DNA of 45,081 nucleotides from a virus, in the IMG/VR virus record IMGVR_UViG_3300048914_000065. One strand, written 5' to 3'. Below the pieces are notes generated by a model, which had not been told where the DNA came from, did no database searches, and saw only the letters and a program-made list of their open reading frames with translations. Below are positions 26,323-34,277 of the stretch, piece by piece. Position numbers and translations under genes: made by a program. Every line of letters begins with the position of its first letter. The stretch's first letter is position 1.

Positions 26323-26802
26323 TCAAGCCTTTTTGTGCTTTTCAATAAATTTCCTAGCTTCGTCCCATGCTTGCCCGTCATCGTTCTTCATTACGTCTTC
26401 CAACCGTGCGATTGCTGTTTGCAAAGGATCACCGCAAATATCATTAAGCATATCGCGCAACGCCCATACGGCCGGTTTGTCGAACGTTACGACCGTGGCT
26501 CTATTACGCGCGTTAAGGCCGTACGGCATTTCTTCAGTCCAAAACGTTAGCCAGTCGCCACCCTTTTGCGCCTGGGCCTTGAATTCCATTCGCCCCTTAA
26601 CATCCAACTTCCAGCTAATTTTATGGCCGTCGTCGACTACGTTAAGTTCAATTACATTAGGGCTTTCTACGCGGATTACACTTTGAGCCATGTTATTCTC
26701 CAATAATTTACGAATGATGAACGTTATTTCGCTAGGGCTGATAAGTTCGGATACGGCCAGCCCCAGGACGAACAGTAACACTAAATCAAGGTACTTTTTC
26801 AT
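26323..26802 (-). CDS. Hypothetical protein, possibly with an N-terminal signal/anchor.
   Basis: 159 aa from ATG 26802 (MKKYLDLVLLFVLGLAVS). An internal ATG at 26691 has a stronger GGAGAA Shine-Dalgarno, so the true N-terminus is uncertain. Confidence 0.4.
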   Translation of the reverse strand: MKKYLDLVLLFVLGLAVSELISPSEITFIIRKLLENNMAQSVIRVESPNVIELNVVDDGHKISWKLDVKGRMEFKAQAQKGGDWLTFWTEEMPYGLNARNRATVVTFDKPAVWALRDMLNDICGDPLQTAIARLEDVMKNDDGQAWDEARKFIEKHKKA

Positions 26803-26840
26803 TCGCGAAACACTACACCCGGTTAGTTGTTGATGTACGA

Positions 26841-26869
26841 ACTATACTACGAACTGAATTACGATGCAA
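26841..26869 (-). promoter_or_regulatory. Sigma70-type promoter, TTGCAT-N17-TATAGT.
   Basis: -35 at 26869..26864 and -10 at 26846..26841 on the minus strand. It shares TCGTA after the -35 and TCGTAGTAT across the -10 with the promoter at 35235. Confidence 0.55.
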
Positions 26870-26870
26870 G

Positions 26871-27389
26871 CTACGACGACAAATATTTTTGAAGTACGTC
26901 AGCAGCTTCGCGCCATGAATAGCAAACGACCCATCCGAACCCCTGGGCCTTTACGAAATCGCGGAATTCTTCTTGCTTGTCGCTTAAACCGCCCTTGCTA
27001 TCGGCGCGCTTCGGTTTCTCTGCGGGCTTCTTCATTTCGATGTACAGGCCCGGCCATACGCCACGGCGCACCGGCAAGAACGTATCGGCTACGCCCGGTT
27101 TGACGCCTTCGGCTTTCATCATGCCGCCCTGAATGCGTGCGCTTTTGGCCGTGTCACCGCGCGAACCGCCGTTCGGAATAGCATGAAACCATTCAAGTTC
27201 GGGTACAGCCTTGGTGACTCCGTAACGTTCGGCGTTTTCAAAGCTGGCGTATGCCGCCATGTCGTTCGCAGCTTCGAACCCGCGATTCTTCGCCATTGCG
27301 CACCAACAGAACAAAGCGGCTTGGTGCGAATGTTCGTTGCCAGCCTTCGCTAGTTGTTCAGGGTTCATTTTTAGCTTCGAATTTTTCAC
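26871..27389 (-). CDS. VRR-NUC domain nuclease.
   Basis: 172 aa (GTG start; alternative ATG at 27368). The pattern HAIPNGG...GVKPGVADTFLP...LYIEMKKP...LSDKQEEF...GFGWVVCYSWREA fits the VRR-NUC core. Confidence 0.7.
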   Translation of the reverse strand: MKNSKLKMNPEQLAKAGNEHSHQAALFCWCAMAKNRGFEAANDMAAYASFENAERYGVTKAVPELEWFHAIPNGGSRGDTAKSARIQGGMMKAEGVKPGVADTFLPVRRGVWPGLYIEMKKPAEKPKRADSKGGLSDKQEEFRDFVKAQGFGWVVCYSWREAADVLQKYLSS

Positions 27390-27669
27390 ATTTTGTATTG
27401 TTAAAAGGAAAGCTCTTTAGGTTAGATACACCACTACGTACATCGCATTCGCGTTCATACCAAAATACATGCGGCATTTCCCAGCTTTCCTCTTGCCTCA
27501 CGCAACTATAATGCTTGCAGTTGCCGCAACTTTTCACCGGCTGTTCAGTGTTCATTAATTCGACGGCTATAACTTCGTACAGTACGTAGCGTTGATCGCC
27601 GTCAGTGTTCTTTATTATGTCGGCTACAATCTCAGCGGCGTGCTTCAATTGATCTTCTGTGCGTTTCAT
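27358..27669 (-). CDS. Hypothetical Cys-containing protein whose N-terminal 40 aa are paralogous to ORF 28186..28365.
   Basis: 103 aa. MKRTEDQLKHAAEIVADIIKNTDGDQRYVLYEVIAVEL is followed by CGNCKHYSC. Confidence 0.45.
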   Translation of the reverse strand: MKRTEDQLKHAAEIVADIIKNTDGDQRYVLYEVIAVELMNTEQPVKSCGNCKHYSCVRQEESWEMPHVFWYERECDVRSGVSNLKSFPFNNTKCEKFEAKNEP

Positions 27670-27947
27670 ATAACACCCCCATCTGTCTTAAGCTTCTCAC
27701 GCAAGTCTTTTTCCGCAGTGTCGCCGATTGGGAAAAATTCGTTCAACATTTGAACTTGCTTTGTATGAAAGTTCGCAGCGTTATAGTGGTATTCGGCGCT
27801 TCGAACGTTACGTTCGCGCAGCTTCGGTGCACCTTCGCGTGCATACGTATGATATTGCTTTTCGCGCGCACGATGATGCATTACACCTTGCCAATGCCAC
27901 AAACGAAGCTTGCGAAGTCCGTCTAATAACGTCGATGAAATGTTCAT
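27666..27947 (-). CDS. Hypothetical protein.
   Basis: 93-aa ORF with ATGA-type coupling to both neighbours. Confidence 0.4.
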   Translation of the reverse strand: MNISSTLLDGLRKLRLWHWQGVMHHRAREKQYHTYAREGAPKLRERNVRSAEYHYNAANFHTKQVQMLNEFFPIGDTAEKDLREKLKTDGGVI

Positions 27948-28183
27948 AATACGTCCAGGCTAACTACAGGATGTGATACACCGCGAACCCAAAGGCGAAC
28001 GCTCGCACCCTTGTTCAATGCTTCTAATTCGGCAGGCGTCGGTTCCCATGCCGAAACCATGAACGGTCCTTGATCGGTGATTACGTCGCTTATAGGTAAG
28101 CCCGAACACGATTCACCGTCGTCATTCCAATCAGGCGGCGCACCAAGTACGCGCGTCGCCCCTTCGATTCGCTTTACTATCAT
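27944..28183 (-). CDS. Hypothetical protein.
   Basis: 79-aa ORF, tightly packed with its neighbours. Confidence 0.4.
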   Translation of the reverse strand: MIVKRIEGATRVLGAPPDWNDDGESCSGLPISDVITDQGPFMVSAWEPTPAELEALNKGASVRLWVRGVSHPVVSLDVL

Positions 28184-28185
28184 CG

Positions 28186-28365
28186 TTAACCCCTATCATG
28201 TTTTGCGATGGCGTCGAACAGTTTCGCGCTATAGTTCTGACAACGCTGGCTAAGTTTAAGCGCAATCATTTCGTAAAGTTCATGCCGTTGTTCGGCATCG
28301 GTGTTCGTCACAATGTCGGCGACGATGTTTGCAGCGTGCGCCAGTTGATCGGGGTTACGTTTCAT
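28186..28365 (-). CDS. Small protein (59 aa), not in the ORF track, paralogous to the N-terminus of 27358..27669.
   Basis: My translation: MKRNPDQLAHAANIVADIVTNTDAEQRHELYEMIALKLSQRCQNYSAKLFDAIAKHDRG. It fills the gap between 28183 and 28355. Confidence 0.5.
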   Translation of the reverse strand: MKRNPDQLAHAANIVADIVTNTDAEQRHELYEMIALKLSQRCQNYSAKLFDAIAKHDRG

Positions 28366-28621
28366 CTTCGATTCTCCTTATTACCATCTGTTCAAGCTTG
28401 CGTTGACCCAAGCAAAGCAACAAATGTGCGTCGGTACTTGTTCCTTTACCCAGGTGGCAAACGTCAAGTTTGTCGGCATGTGTGACCAACGTTACGGCGG
28501 TCACTACGCCAAAATTGCCGCTTTCGATTTGGTCGGCAATAATCCGTAGCGTCGCCGGTATGTTGCGACTGTTCGAATTATACAGGGTTATTACTTCGGC
28601 TAGTTTCGGTTTGTTGCTCAT
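28355..28621 (-). CDS. Hypothetical protein.
   Basis: 88-aa ORF in the operon-like array. Confidence 0.4.
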   Translation of the reverse strand: MSNKPKLAEVITLYNSNSRNIPATLRIIADQIESGNFGVVTAVTLVTHADKLDVCHLGKGTSTDAHLLLCLGQRKLEQMVIRRIEDET

Positions 28622-29013
28622 TATTCACCCATGCATTCGCCATTGCATTCACGTACACCACAATGCAAGCACGGCGTACGTTTGACCGCATGTGATTCTT
28701 TTGAGCACGGTGCGAATGTTGAGCGCTTGTCAAACGCCACACGCACGCGCGCTAACACGTTGTCTTGCGACAGGTGTTTAATGTCGTAATCGATTGCCAA
28801 GACGTTGCGAGCATGAGCCAGGGCGACGGCGTGTTGCAGATTCGCCAGCAACAAGTTTTGCGCCTGAACAGGCGCGCTCGACGGGTCGCGCAACCTATAA
28901 CCCCGATCAAGGTCAACGCGTGTTGCGGCTTCAAGCGCTCGAATCGCATCGTCACGACGTTCACTCGTGACGATCAATTCCAACAGCGCTGCTTTGATTG
29001 CTGATTCACTCAT
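28621..29013 (-). CDS. Hypothetical protein with a C-terminal Cys cluster.
   Basis: 130 aa, ending CLHCGVRECNGECMGE. Confidence 0.4.
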   Translation of the reverse strand: MSESAIKAALLELIVTSERRDDAIRALEAATRVDLDRGYRLRDPSSAPVQAQNLLLANLQHAVALAHARNVLAIDYDIKHLSQDNVLARVRVAFDKRSTFAPCSKESHAVKRTPCLHCGVRECNGECMGE

Positions 29014-29294
29014 TTCTTCAACCTTTCGATAAGTTCGGTGACGTTTCCATTATACACCTTTTTCACCGAGTTGCTTTTACCGTTACGTATTGAATACTTT
29101 CCGGTAGTCGGCCATACGTCAGCTACGACGTGACCGTTGCTGTTGCACACGCGAAGATGTACGCCGTTATTGTTCGTTGCCCATGCGTACCCAGCCAGGT
29201 GCAAGTCGTATTGCGCTTCGGCAATCTGCATCGTCGGTTCCGGTTTCCATGGCGCATACTTGAACGGCGATTTGAAGTTGAGTTCATCCATCAC
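29010..29294 (-). CDS. Hypothetical protein.
   Basis: 94-aa ORF with an ATGA-type overlap at 29010. Confidence 0.4.
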   Translation of the reverse strand: MMDELNFKSPFKYAPWKPEPTMQIAEAQYDLHLAGYAWATNNNGVHLRVCNSNGHVVADVWPTTGKYSIRNGKSNSVKKVYNGNVTELIERLKK

Positions 29295-29302
29295 TTAGAC
29301 CT

Positions 29303-29656
29303 TTACGATTTAAACCATGTCGTAGGTTGATGCTTCGCCCGAATGTGCATCTTGATCCCGTTTACCCCGCCTACCATTTTGCCGCAATGCGGACACGACA
29401 CTTTGATTTCGGCACCGTAATTCGTATAGCCGGGTCCATACTTAGACCAAGTCGACGCAATAGATTTCGGCGGTCGAAACTGTTCGTAAATCACTATGAA
29501 CGCTTCATAGTCCTTATCAGTGCATTCACGTTCGTACGCGTCACCTCGCGAAAAGCTCATGATCCCTTCGGCCAAATTCAAAGCGTCTAACGCTTTGGCT
29601 AATTGGGCTTTGAGTTCTTCGATTTTCTTATCTTCAGGCGTTTGAAACGTCGTCAT
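29303..29656 (-). CDS. Hypothetical protein with a C-terminal CxxC...HxxxxH zinc-finger-like motif.
   Basis: ATG 29656 (MTTFQTPEDKK) has an AAGGGG Shine-Dalgarno overlapping the upstream stop. The motif is CPHCGKMVGGVNGIKMHIRAKH. Confidence 0.45.
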   Translation of the reverse strand: MTTFQTPEDKKIEELKAQLAKALDALNLAEGIMSFSRGDAYERECTDKDYEAFIVIYEQFRPPKSIASTWSKYGPGYTNYGAEIKVSCPHCGKMVGGVNGIKMHIRAKHQPTTWFKS

Positions 29657-29666
29657 GTCTGACCCC

Positions 29667-29882
29667 TTACAGAAACTTAATTTCATCCGACAGACCCAGC
29701 GCCCGCACCGCAGCCTTACGACGATTCATCGCCGTTACGGACGGCGCGCTGCGCATCCAAATATCGGCGCTGCTCTGCGAATACGCCTTATCAATCGGCA
29801 TAAACACTTTGATACGCGCCGCTTCGATTACTTCATTCTTATTGAGTTCGACCGTCACCGAACCGATTTGCACTTTGATCAT
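29667..29882 (-). CDS. Hypothetical protein.
   Basis: 71-aa ORF. Confidence 0.4.
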   Translation of the reverse strand: MIKVQIGSVTVELNKNEVIEAARIKVFMPIDKAYSQSSADIWMRSAPSVTAMNRRKAAVRALGLSDEIKFL

Positions 29883-29927
29883 TTGCGACCCCTTTTACGA
29901 TAGTACGCCCGTCGAAGCGGGTGTGAG

Positions 29928-30332
29928 TTAGTGTTTAGAAACTTGATTATAAATCTGCGCGACTGCTTCATTGTAATCAATACCTCTAGGTTCGTGTAGC
30001 TCGGCTATCGATTCGCGAATGTAATCACAGTACACTTCGTTGTCTGCGTTTCGTTCCAAGCAACGATTCAAACGTGCGCGTTCTTCGATTAGAAATTCTT
30101 CGGCTAATTTTACAGCGTATGCCTCATCTTCACGCAAACCTGTGAACTGATTTGCCGGCAATACGAGCACACGAAAGTTAGCGCCTAACGATTCGCCTAA
30201 CATTTCGCCGGTTTCAGAGTCGCGAAGGGTTGCACGTTTCTTGCCCCACGACTCAACAACCATGTCGCGAAAAGTAAACGTACCCTTGTTGTCCCAATTC
30301 GCAAATTTTACGACTAAGTCGCCCTTTTTCAT
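29928..30332 (-). CDS. Hypothetical protein.
   Basis: 134-aa ORF, the first gene downstream of the promoter at 30384-30412. Confidence 0.45.
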   Translation of the reverse strand: MKKGDLVVKFANWDNKGTFTFRDMVVESWGKKRATLRDSETGEMLGESLGANFRVLVLPANQFTGLREDEAYAVKLAEEFLIEERARLNRCLERNADNEVYCDYIRESIAELHEPRGIDYNEAVAQIYNQVSKH

Positions 30333-30383
30333 GATTCCACCCTTTCATCGTTCACTTCGCCAAATGCGCCGTTCATGTGTTGA

Positions 30384-30412
30384 ATCATATACGACGCAAA
30401 CTACGATGTCAA
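30384..30412 (-). promoter_or_regulatory. Sigma70-type promoter, TTGACA-N17-TATGAT.
   Basis: -35 at 30412..30407 and -10 at 30389..30384 on the minus strand. It lies in the 88-bp gap upstream of ATG 30332 and has TCGTAG directly after the -35. Confidence 0.6.
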
Positions 30413-30420
30413 GTACGAAG

Positions 30421-30639
30421 TTAAAAACGATGCGAACACGAACGACACTGATATTCGTGCGACTTCGGTTCTTCGATAGCTAGGCTGTGGCACTTCGGGC
30501 ATTCGAAGTCGGCCTTTAGCAACGCTACGAACCTGCGAAGGCATGCCCACATGGTTCGCGCCAGCCAGGGCACGACTGTCAGCAAACCTAGCGCGTACAT
30601 CACGGTCAGCAGCCCGAACAAAAGAAGGTTCGTATTCAT
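30421..30639 (-). CDS. Small membrane-anchored zinc-ribbon protein.
   Basis: 72 aa with an N-terminal TMD (LLLFGLLTVMYALGLLTVV) and then CPKC...CRSC. It is ATGA-coupled to the upstream gene. Confidence 0.5.
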   Translation of the reverse strand: MNTNLLLFGLLTVMYALGLLTVVPWLARTMWACLRRFVALLKADFECPKCHSLAIEEPKSHEYQCRSCSHRF

Positions 30640-30950
30640 GCCGCATCTTTCAACATAACCGTCGGAAGTTCGAACGTATCCAGGGCGACGCGTTCACCGA
30701 ACCACACGTTAAGCACAAGGCCGACCATCGGCCCCGCCTGGGCGTCGACGGCGCGCGGCCGGTCAATGATCTTCACCACGGCTCGATAGCAGCAGCGCGC
30801 GGCGCCCCAACCCGTCTCACGCAGGTGCAAGATATCGCCAACTTCGTAACGTTCGCTTGCCGGTCGCAACATCGCTACGTAGTCACATTCGTCGTAATTT
30901 ACGATTGCTTCATACAACTGTTTGTTTACGTCAATTTGATGTGTTTTCAA
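30636..30950 (-). CDS. DUF3850 / ASCH-like (PUA-fold) protein.
   Basis: 104 aa with an apparent TTG start. MKTHQIDVNKQLYEAI...YEVGDILHLRE resembles the DUF3850 N-terminus. Confidence 0.5.
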   Translation of the reverse strand: MKTHQIDVNKQLYEAIVNYDECDYVAMLRPASERYEVGDILHLRETGWGAARCCYRAVVKIIDRPRAVDAQAGPMVGLVLNVWFGERVALDTFELPTVMLKDAA

Positions 30951-30975
30951 TTGTTATAGTCCCTAGTTTAGTATG

Positions 30976-31233
30976 TTACACAGCTTGCAGCTTTGCGGCG
31001 ATGTATTCGACAGTTTCCATAACATCGATTGCCCAAAACTTGTTAGACGCGTGATCGTCAAGCCATATAGTGGAACGCAAGCCTCGTCGGTTCGGCTCCT
31101 TTTCTTCGACGTATGAAATTCGTTCAGAATTTACGATCATCTTTTCAACCTGTATTTCAGGGTCGTCTTCATCAGAACCCCAGCTTACGCACAAGAACAT
31201 TGTAAGACCCCATATTTCGTTAAGCATGCCCAC
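30976..31233 (-). CDS. Hypothetical acidic protein.
   Basis: 85 aa from GTG 31233, or 83 aa from ATG 31227. Confidence 0.4.
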   Translation of the reverse strand: MGMLNEIWGLTMFLCVSWGSDEDDPEIQVEKMIVNSERISYVEEKEPNRRGLRSTIWLDDHASNKFWAIDVMETVEYIAAKLQAV

Positions 31234-31275
31234 ATTACGCCGTGTTCGATGATGCTTCAGGCCCGGCGACAGCCT

Positions 31276-31492
31276 GTTATATAGTCGTTAGATAAAAGTT
31301 AGATGTCTAAGTCATTGATTTTATTAGTGTTATATATGTTATATAAGTTATATAGTATTACTGTAATTGGTATTATATTGGTCTGTATTTATAGGTTCTC
31401 TTTTTCCCTTTTTCTTATATAACCATATAACACATATAACACGTTTAAAATCAATGACTTAGCCGTATAACACCCATATAACGCTATATAAC
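31276..31492. repeat. AT-rich dyad of iterons: candidate replication origin or protein-binding array.
   Basis: GTTATATA occurs at 31276, 31329, 31338 and 31347. The complement, TATAAC, occurs at 31418, 31426, 31435, 31466, 31477 and 31487. A perfect 17-bp inverted repeat (ctaagtcattgatttta 31307-31323 / taaaatcaatgacttag 31446-31462) flanks an AT-rich core. Confidence 0.6.
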
Positions 31493-31522
31493 ACGACGGC
31501 CCAGGTTAGGACCATCGTACTG

Positions 31523-33892
31523 TCATTCGAATCCAAACGATTCAACCTGTGCAATGCCGTAGCATACGCCGTTGAATTCGTACTTCTTCATAACATCGGA
31601 CGGTAGCAGTTGCACAATGTCACCTTGAGCCTTCAAAGTTTCCAACGCGCGCTTGATCGCATTTGTCGAACCGATCCTATCATTGCGGAAAGCAGCGAAG
31701 CTTGACAGAACTTGCACGATGTAACGATGCGGGATAACGCGGTCAGCGTGCATGCGCTTGTTTATCTTGTACTTTTCGATACTGGCGAAGTCTTTAAGCA
31801 CGTAGTTACGAAACGCCTTGATGACTTCGTCGGCCTGTTTCGTTTCCGCCGTTTCTACACCGATGTCGCCACGTTCGAAGCGTTTAAGCAAGTTGCGAAC
31901 ATCAGCAACAATTAAGTTCGTAGCCCATGTCGCAACATCGGCCGAAATAACTGGATCGTACGGGTTGACGCCGACCGCGATCAACGCCGCCAGTTTCAAT
32001 GCCTTAATGTGGGCACGGTTCCAAAGCTGGACGACAACCTCTTGCGTATCGTTGTTTCGCATTTGGTCGTCGCAATGCAAGTTGAATTCTTTGAACATCG
32101 CATCGGCTTCTTCGCTGTAGCGTACGCCGACGGTTTTGTTTGCGTTGTTCAACATTGCAGCGTGCGCGCATAGCGTCGCCATTTTATGAACCAGTTCGTC
32201 GGACGGTTTGACGCGCGTATGATGTTCGTTTAGTTCGGGGCGTTTGCCATAGTATTCAATGATGGTAAAGCGCGGCAACAAACCTTCTGCAATCATGCTT
32301 TCGTCCAACGCTTCGTAGAACTTTTCGGGCGTCGATTCGCCGAGCATTGTAAAGGCCGGGGCTAACACGGCTTCGGTGTTCTTTTCGCGGTCGCTGTAGA
32401 TGCTTGGGCGCAATACGTTACCTTCGCCCGATTTGTTGTACAAGTCGAGCAACATACGACGAAGCCCCAACATATGTGGCGGTGCATTCCAAGCTGACAA
32501 CTGTTTAAGATACAAGCCGAATTCGCCCATTAGCGAAACGAACGATTTCGATTGCTTGCCCATGTACTTTGTAAGCGCTTGGGGCGATGCGATTTCAGCC
32601 GGGCCGATGAAATCTACGGCGGCGGGAACAGTGCGCGTTACGGCACCGATCAACTTGTCTATACCTTTTGCAATCGCTTCCTTGCCGGTGCCAGTGCGGG
32701 CCAGCAGCAGCACGTATTGATTGACGCCGGTTCCTGACACGTTGTACGCGCGTCCACATACGCCCGCCATCAGGCCGATAGCACCAGCAAGGGCGATTTC
32801 GGGCACAGGTCGCGGTGCGGCTTCATAGATGAACCGGGCGATTTCGCCGATTAGCCCAGGCGGAACACTATATATAGGGTTCGACGGCTGCGGGTCGATA
32901 ACTTGGGGCGTGGCGTCGGGCAAGACCATCGCAACGGGCGTGTCATACGCGGTCGCTTCGATGTCGGGCACGCCGTAAATTTGCTGCGCTTGTTGGGCTT
33001 CTTGCATACGTGCGCGTTCGATAGCTTCTTCGACTTGAATTCGCAAATGATCGATGTCGACGGGCGGTAACAGCCTATCGAACGATTTGTTTATCATGTA
33101 ATCGATGTACGGCGTACCGCGAATCGTCGTTTGTTTGTCGCGGGCGCCTAACGGCGAAGCCTTGAAAATGCGGCTGATTTGTTCGCGGCTTTGCGTGTAG
33201 AAAGCGACAACGTTGATAAACGCTAAGTCGGCTTCGGATTGCGACGGGTAATGTTGATGCCATTGCCCGGCTAACAGGGCTTGAAATTTCGAACCATTCG
33301 CCGCATTGCAAGCCCGTTGCAGAATCGCTTGGTCTTCTTCGGTTTGCGGTGCGTTGCCGGTGTACATGATCGTTTCGGCGCGCTTGCCGATTTGATCCCA
33401 AAGCACGTTAAGCAGTTCGTGATATTCGACAATCGGTGACGCCCTGAATACATTACCCGTCATCGTCATAAAACGCGCCGACGAATACACTTCAACGAAA
33501 CTACGTTTACGACCCGACGGAATCGAACCCTTGACGATGATATGTAAGCCCTTTTCGCTTGGGCTTCGTTCTGCGTAGCTTACGAAGTTGTCGAAGATTT
33601 TTTGTTGCTTCGATACTGCGTCGGCGTCGCCGTGTGCGTCGTCCAAGTCGATAAAGCCGAACGGGTCATTGTTCGTCAGCACGAAGCCGATGCCTGCGAA
33701 CCATCCCGACGCCGCAGCATCGATGGCTTGTTCGAATGAACCCCATGTTGAAGGATCGGAAACGCTCGCGTGTCTACCCGTATGCGGGCCATACGGGACT
33801 TTCTTCGGTTTGTCTTTACCCGGTTCTTCTTCGTACCGCCATACGACCCATTGCGCGTATTGGCGCATTTCGAACGGTATGTTTTCGTACAC
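31523..33892 (-). CDS. Bifunctional primase-polymerase (prim-pol) fused to a P-loop helicase-like domain.
   Basis: 789 aa. The N-terminus reads QWVVWRYE...KKVPY...GIGFVL...FGFIDLDD...SPSEKGLHIIV, and there is a central Walker A, LLLARTGTGKEA. Confidence 0.8.
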   Translation of the reverse strand: MYENIPFEMRQYAQWVVWRYEEEPGKDKPKKVPYGPHTGRHASVSDPSTWGSFEQAIDAAASGWFAGIGFVLTNNDPFGFIDLDDAHGDADAVSKQQKIFDNFVSYAERSPSEKGLHIIVKGSIPSGRKRSFVEVYSSARFMTMTGNVFRASPIVEYHELLNVLWDQIGKRAETIMYTGNAPQTEEDQAILQRACNAANGSKFQALLAGQWHQHYPSQSEADLAFINVVAFYTQSREQISRIFKASPLGARDKQTTIRGTPYIDYMINKSFDRLLPPVDIDHLRIQVEEAIERARMQEAQQAQQIYGVPDIEATAYDTPVAMVLPDATPQVIDPQPSNPIYSVPPGLIGEIARFIYEAAPRPVPEIALAGAIGLMAGVCGRAYNVSGTGVNQYVLLLARTGTGKEAIAKGIDKLIGAVTRTVPAAVDFIGPAEIASPQALTKYMGKQSKSFVSLMGEFGLYLKQLSAWNAPPHMLGLRRMLLDLYNKSGEGNVLRPSIYSDREKNTEAVLAPAFTMLGESTPEKFYEALDESMIAEGLLPRFTIIEYYGKRPELNEHHTRVKPSDELVHKMATLCAHAAMLNNANKTVGVRYSEEADAMFKEFNLHCDDQMRNNDTQEVVVQLWNRAHIKALKLAALIAVGVNPYDPVISADVATWATNLIVADVRNLLKRFERGDIGVETAETKQADEVIKAFRNYVLKDFASIEKYKINKRMHADRVIPHRYIVQVLSSFAAFRNDRIGSTNAIKRALETLKAQGDIVQLLPSDVMKKYEFNGVCYGIAQVESFGFE

Positions 33893-33895
33893 TGT

Positions 33896-34099
33896 TTACG
33901 CCTTCAGCAACGGTTGTTTAGTCAAAAATTCAAATACCGTTTGAACGCGGTTTACGCCTGGGTCGATAATTTTTCCTTGAACAAGCATCTTCAACCAACC
34001 TTCGGGAATTTCAGTTGCTTTTGCAATGTCTTTCAGTTGAAGCGATGCCGGGCGGTTCTTCAAAAGTTCGATGGTTCTATCGCGTAATTTTGTTGTCAT
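33896..34099 (-). CDS. Small HTH DNA-binding protein (Cro/XRE-like), first gene of the leftward block.
   Basis: 67 aa containing LQLKDIAKATEIPEGWLKMLVQG. It faces the divergent control region. Confidence 0.55.
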   Translation of the reverse strand: MTTKLRDRTIELLKNRPASLQLKDIAKATEIPEGWLKMLVQGKIIDPGVNRVQTVFEFLTKQPLLKA

Positions 34100-34138
34100 A
34101 ATATAAATTTATTGCGTTGAGTCAAGCAAACAGGTTGC

Positions 34139-34219
34139 ATCCTACATCGTTGTTCCGTTTTCCTCAAGAAAATTATTTCACACAAAAGCCTTGCGTTTGG
34201 GCATTTGTTCCGTTACGCT
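34139..34219. promoter_or_regulatory. Divergent control region: weak leftward (TTGAGG-N17-TAGGAT) and rightward (TTGCGT-N17-TACGCT) promoter candidates, each with a TTGTTCCGTT repeat in its spacer.
   Basis: The decamer TTGTTCCGTT occurs at 34150-34159 and 34205-34214, 55 bp apart. The candidate hexamers are at 34162-34167/34139-34144 (minus strand) and 34191-34196/34214-34219 (plus strand). Confidence 0.3.
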
Positions 34220-34277
34220 TCGTTCCTGTCGAGAAACGATCTTGACCACGATTAACTAAACCTGGGATGCCCACACT

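Noticed and set aside
29883-29927. Hairpin acgcccg-tcgaag-cgggtgt between two early genes, considered as a terminator.
   Set aside because: The stem is short, needs a G-U pair and has no U-tract. I judged it too weak to report as a feature.
30401-30646. 81-aa alternative frame overlapping 30421..30639.
   Set aside because: The 72-aa frame is ATGA-coupled to the upstream gene and encodes a coherent TMD plus zinc ribbon. The 81-aa frame is Arg/Ser-rich. The octamer at 30544 would read HVGM in the rejected frame, which I take as coincidence.
33896-34277. Lysogeny module (repressor/integrase switch).
   Set aside because: Only a 67-aa HTH protein faces the divergent region. I recognised no integrase, excisionase, CI-size repressor or partition genes, so I make no call on temperate lifestyle.
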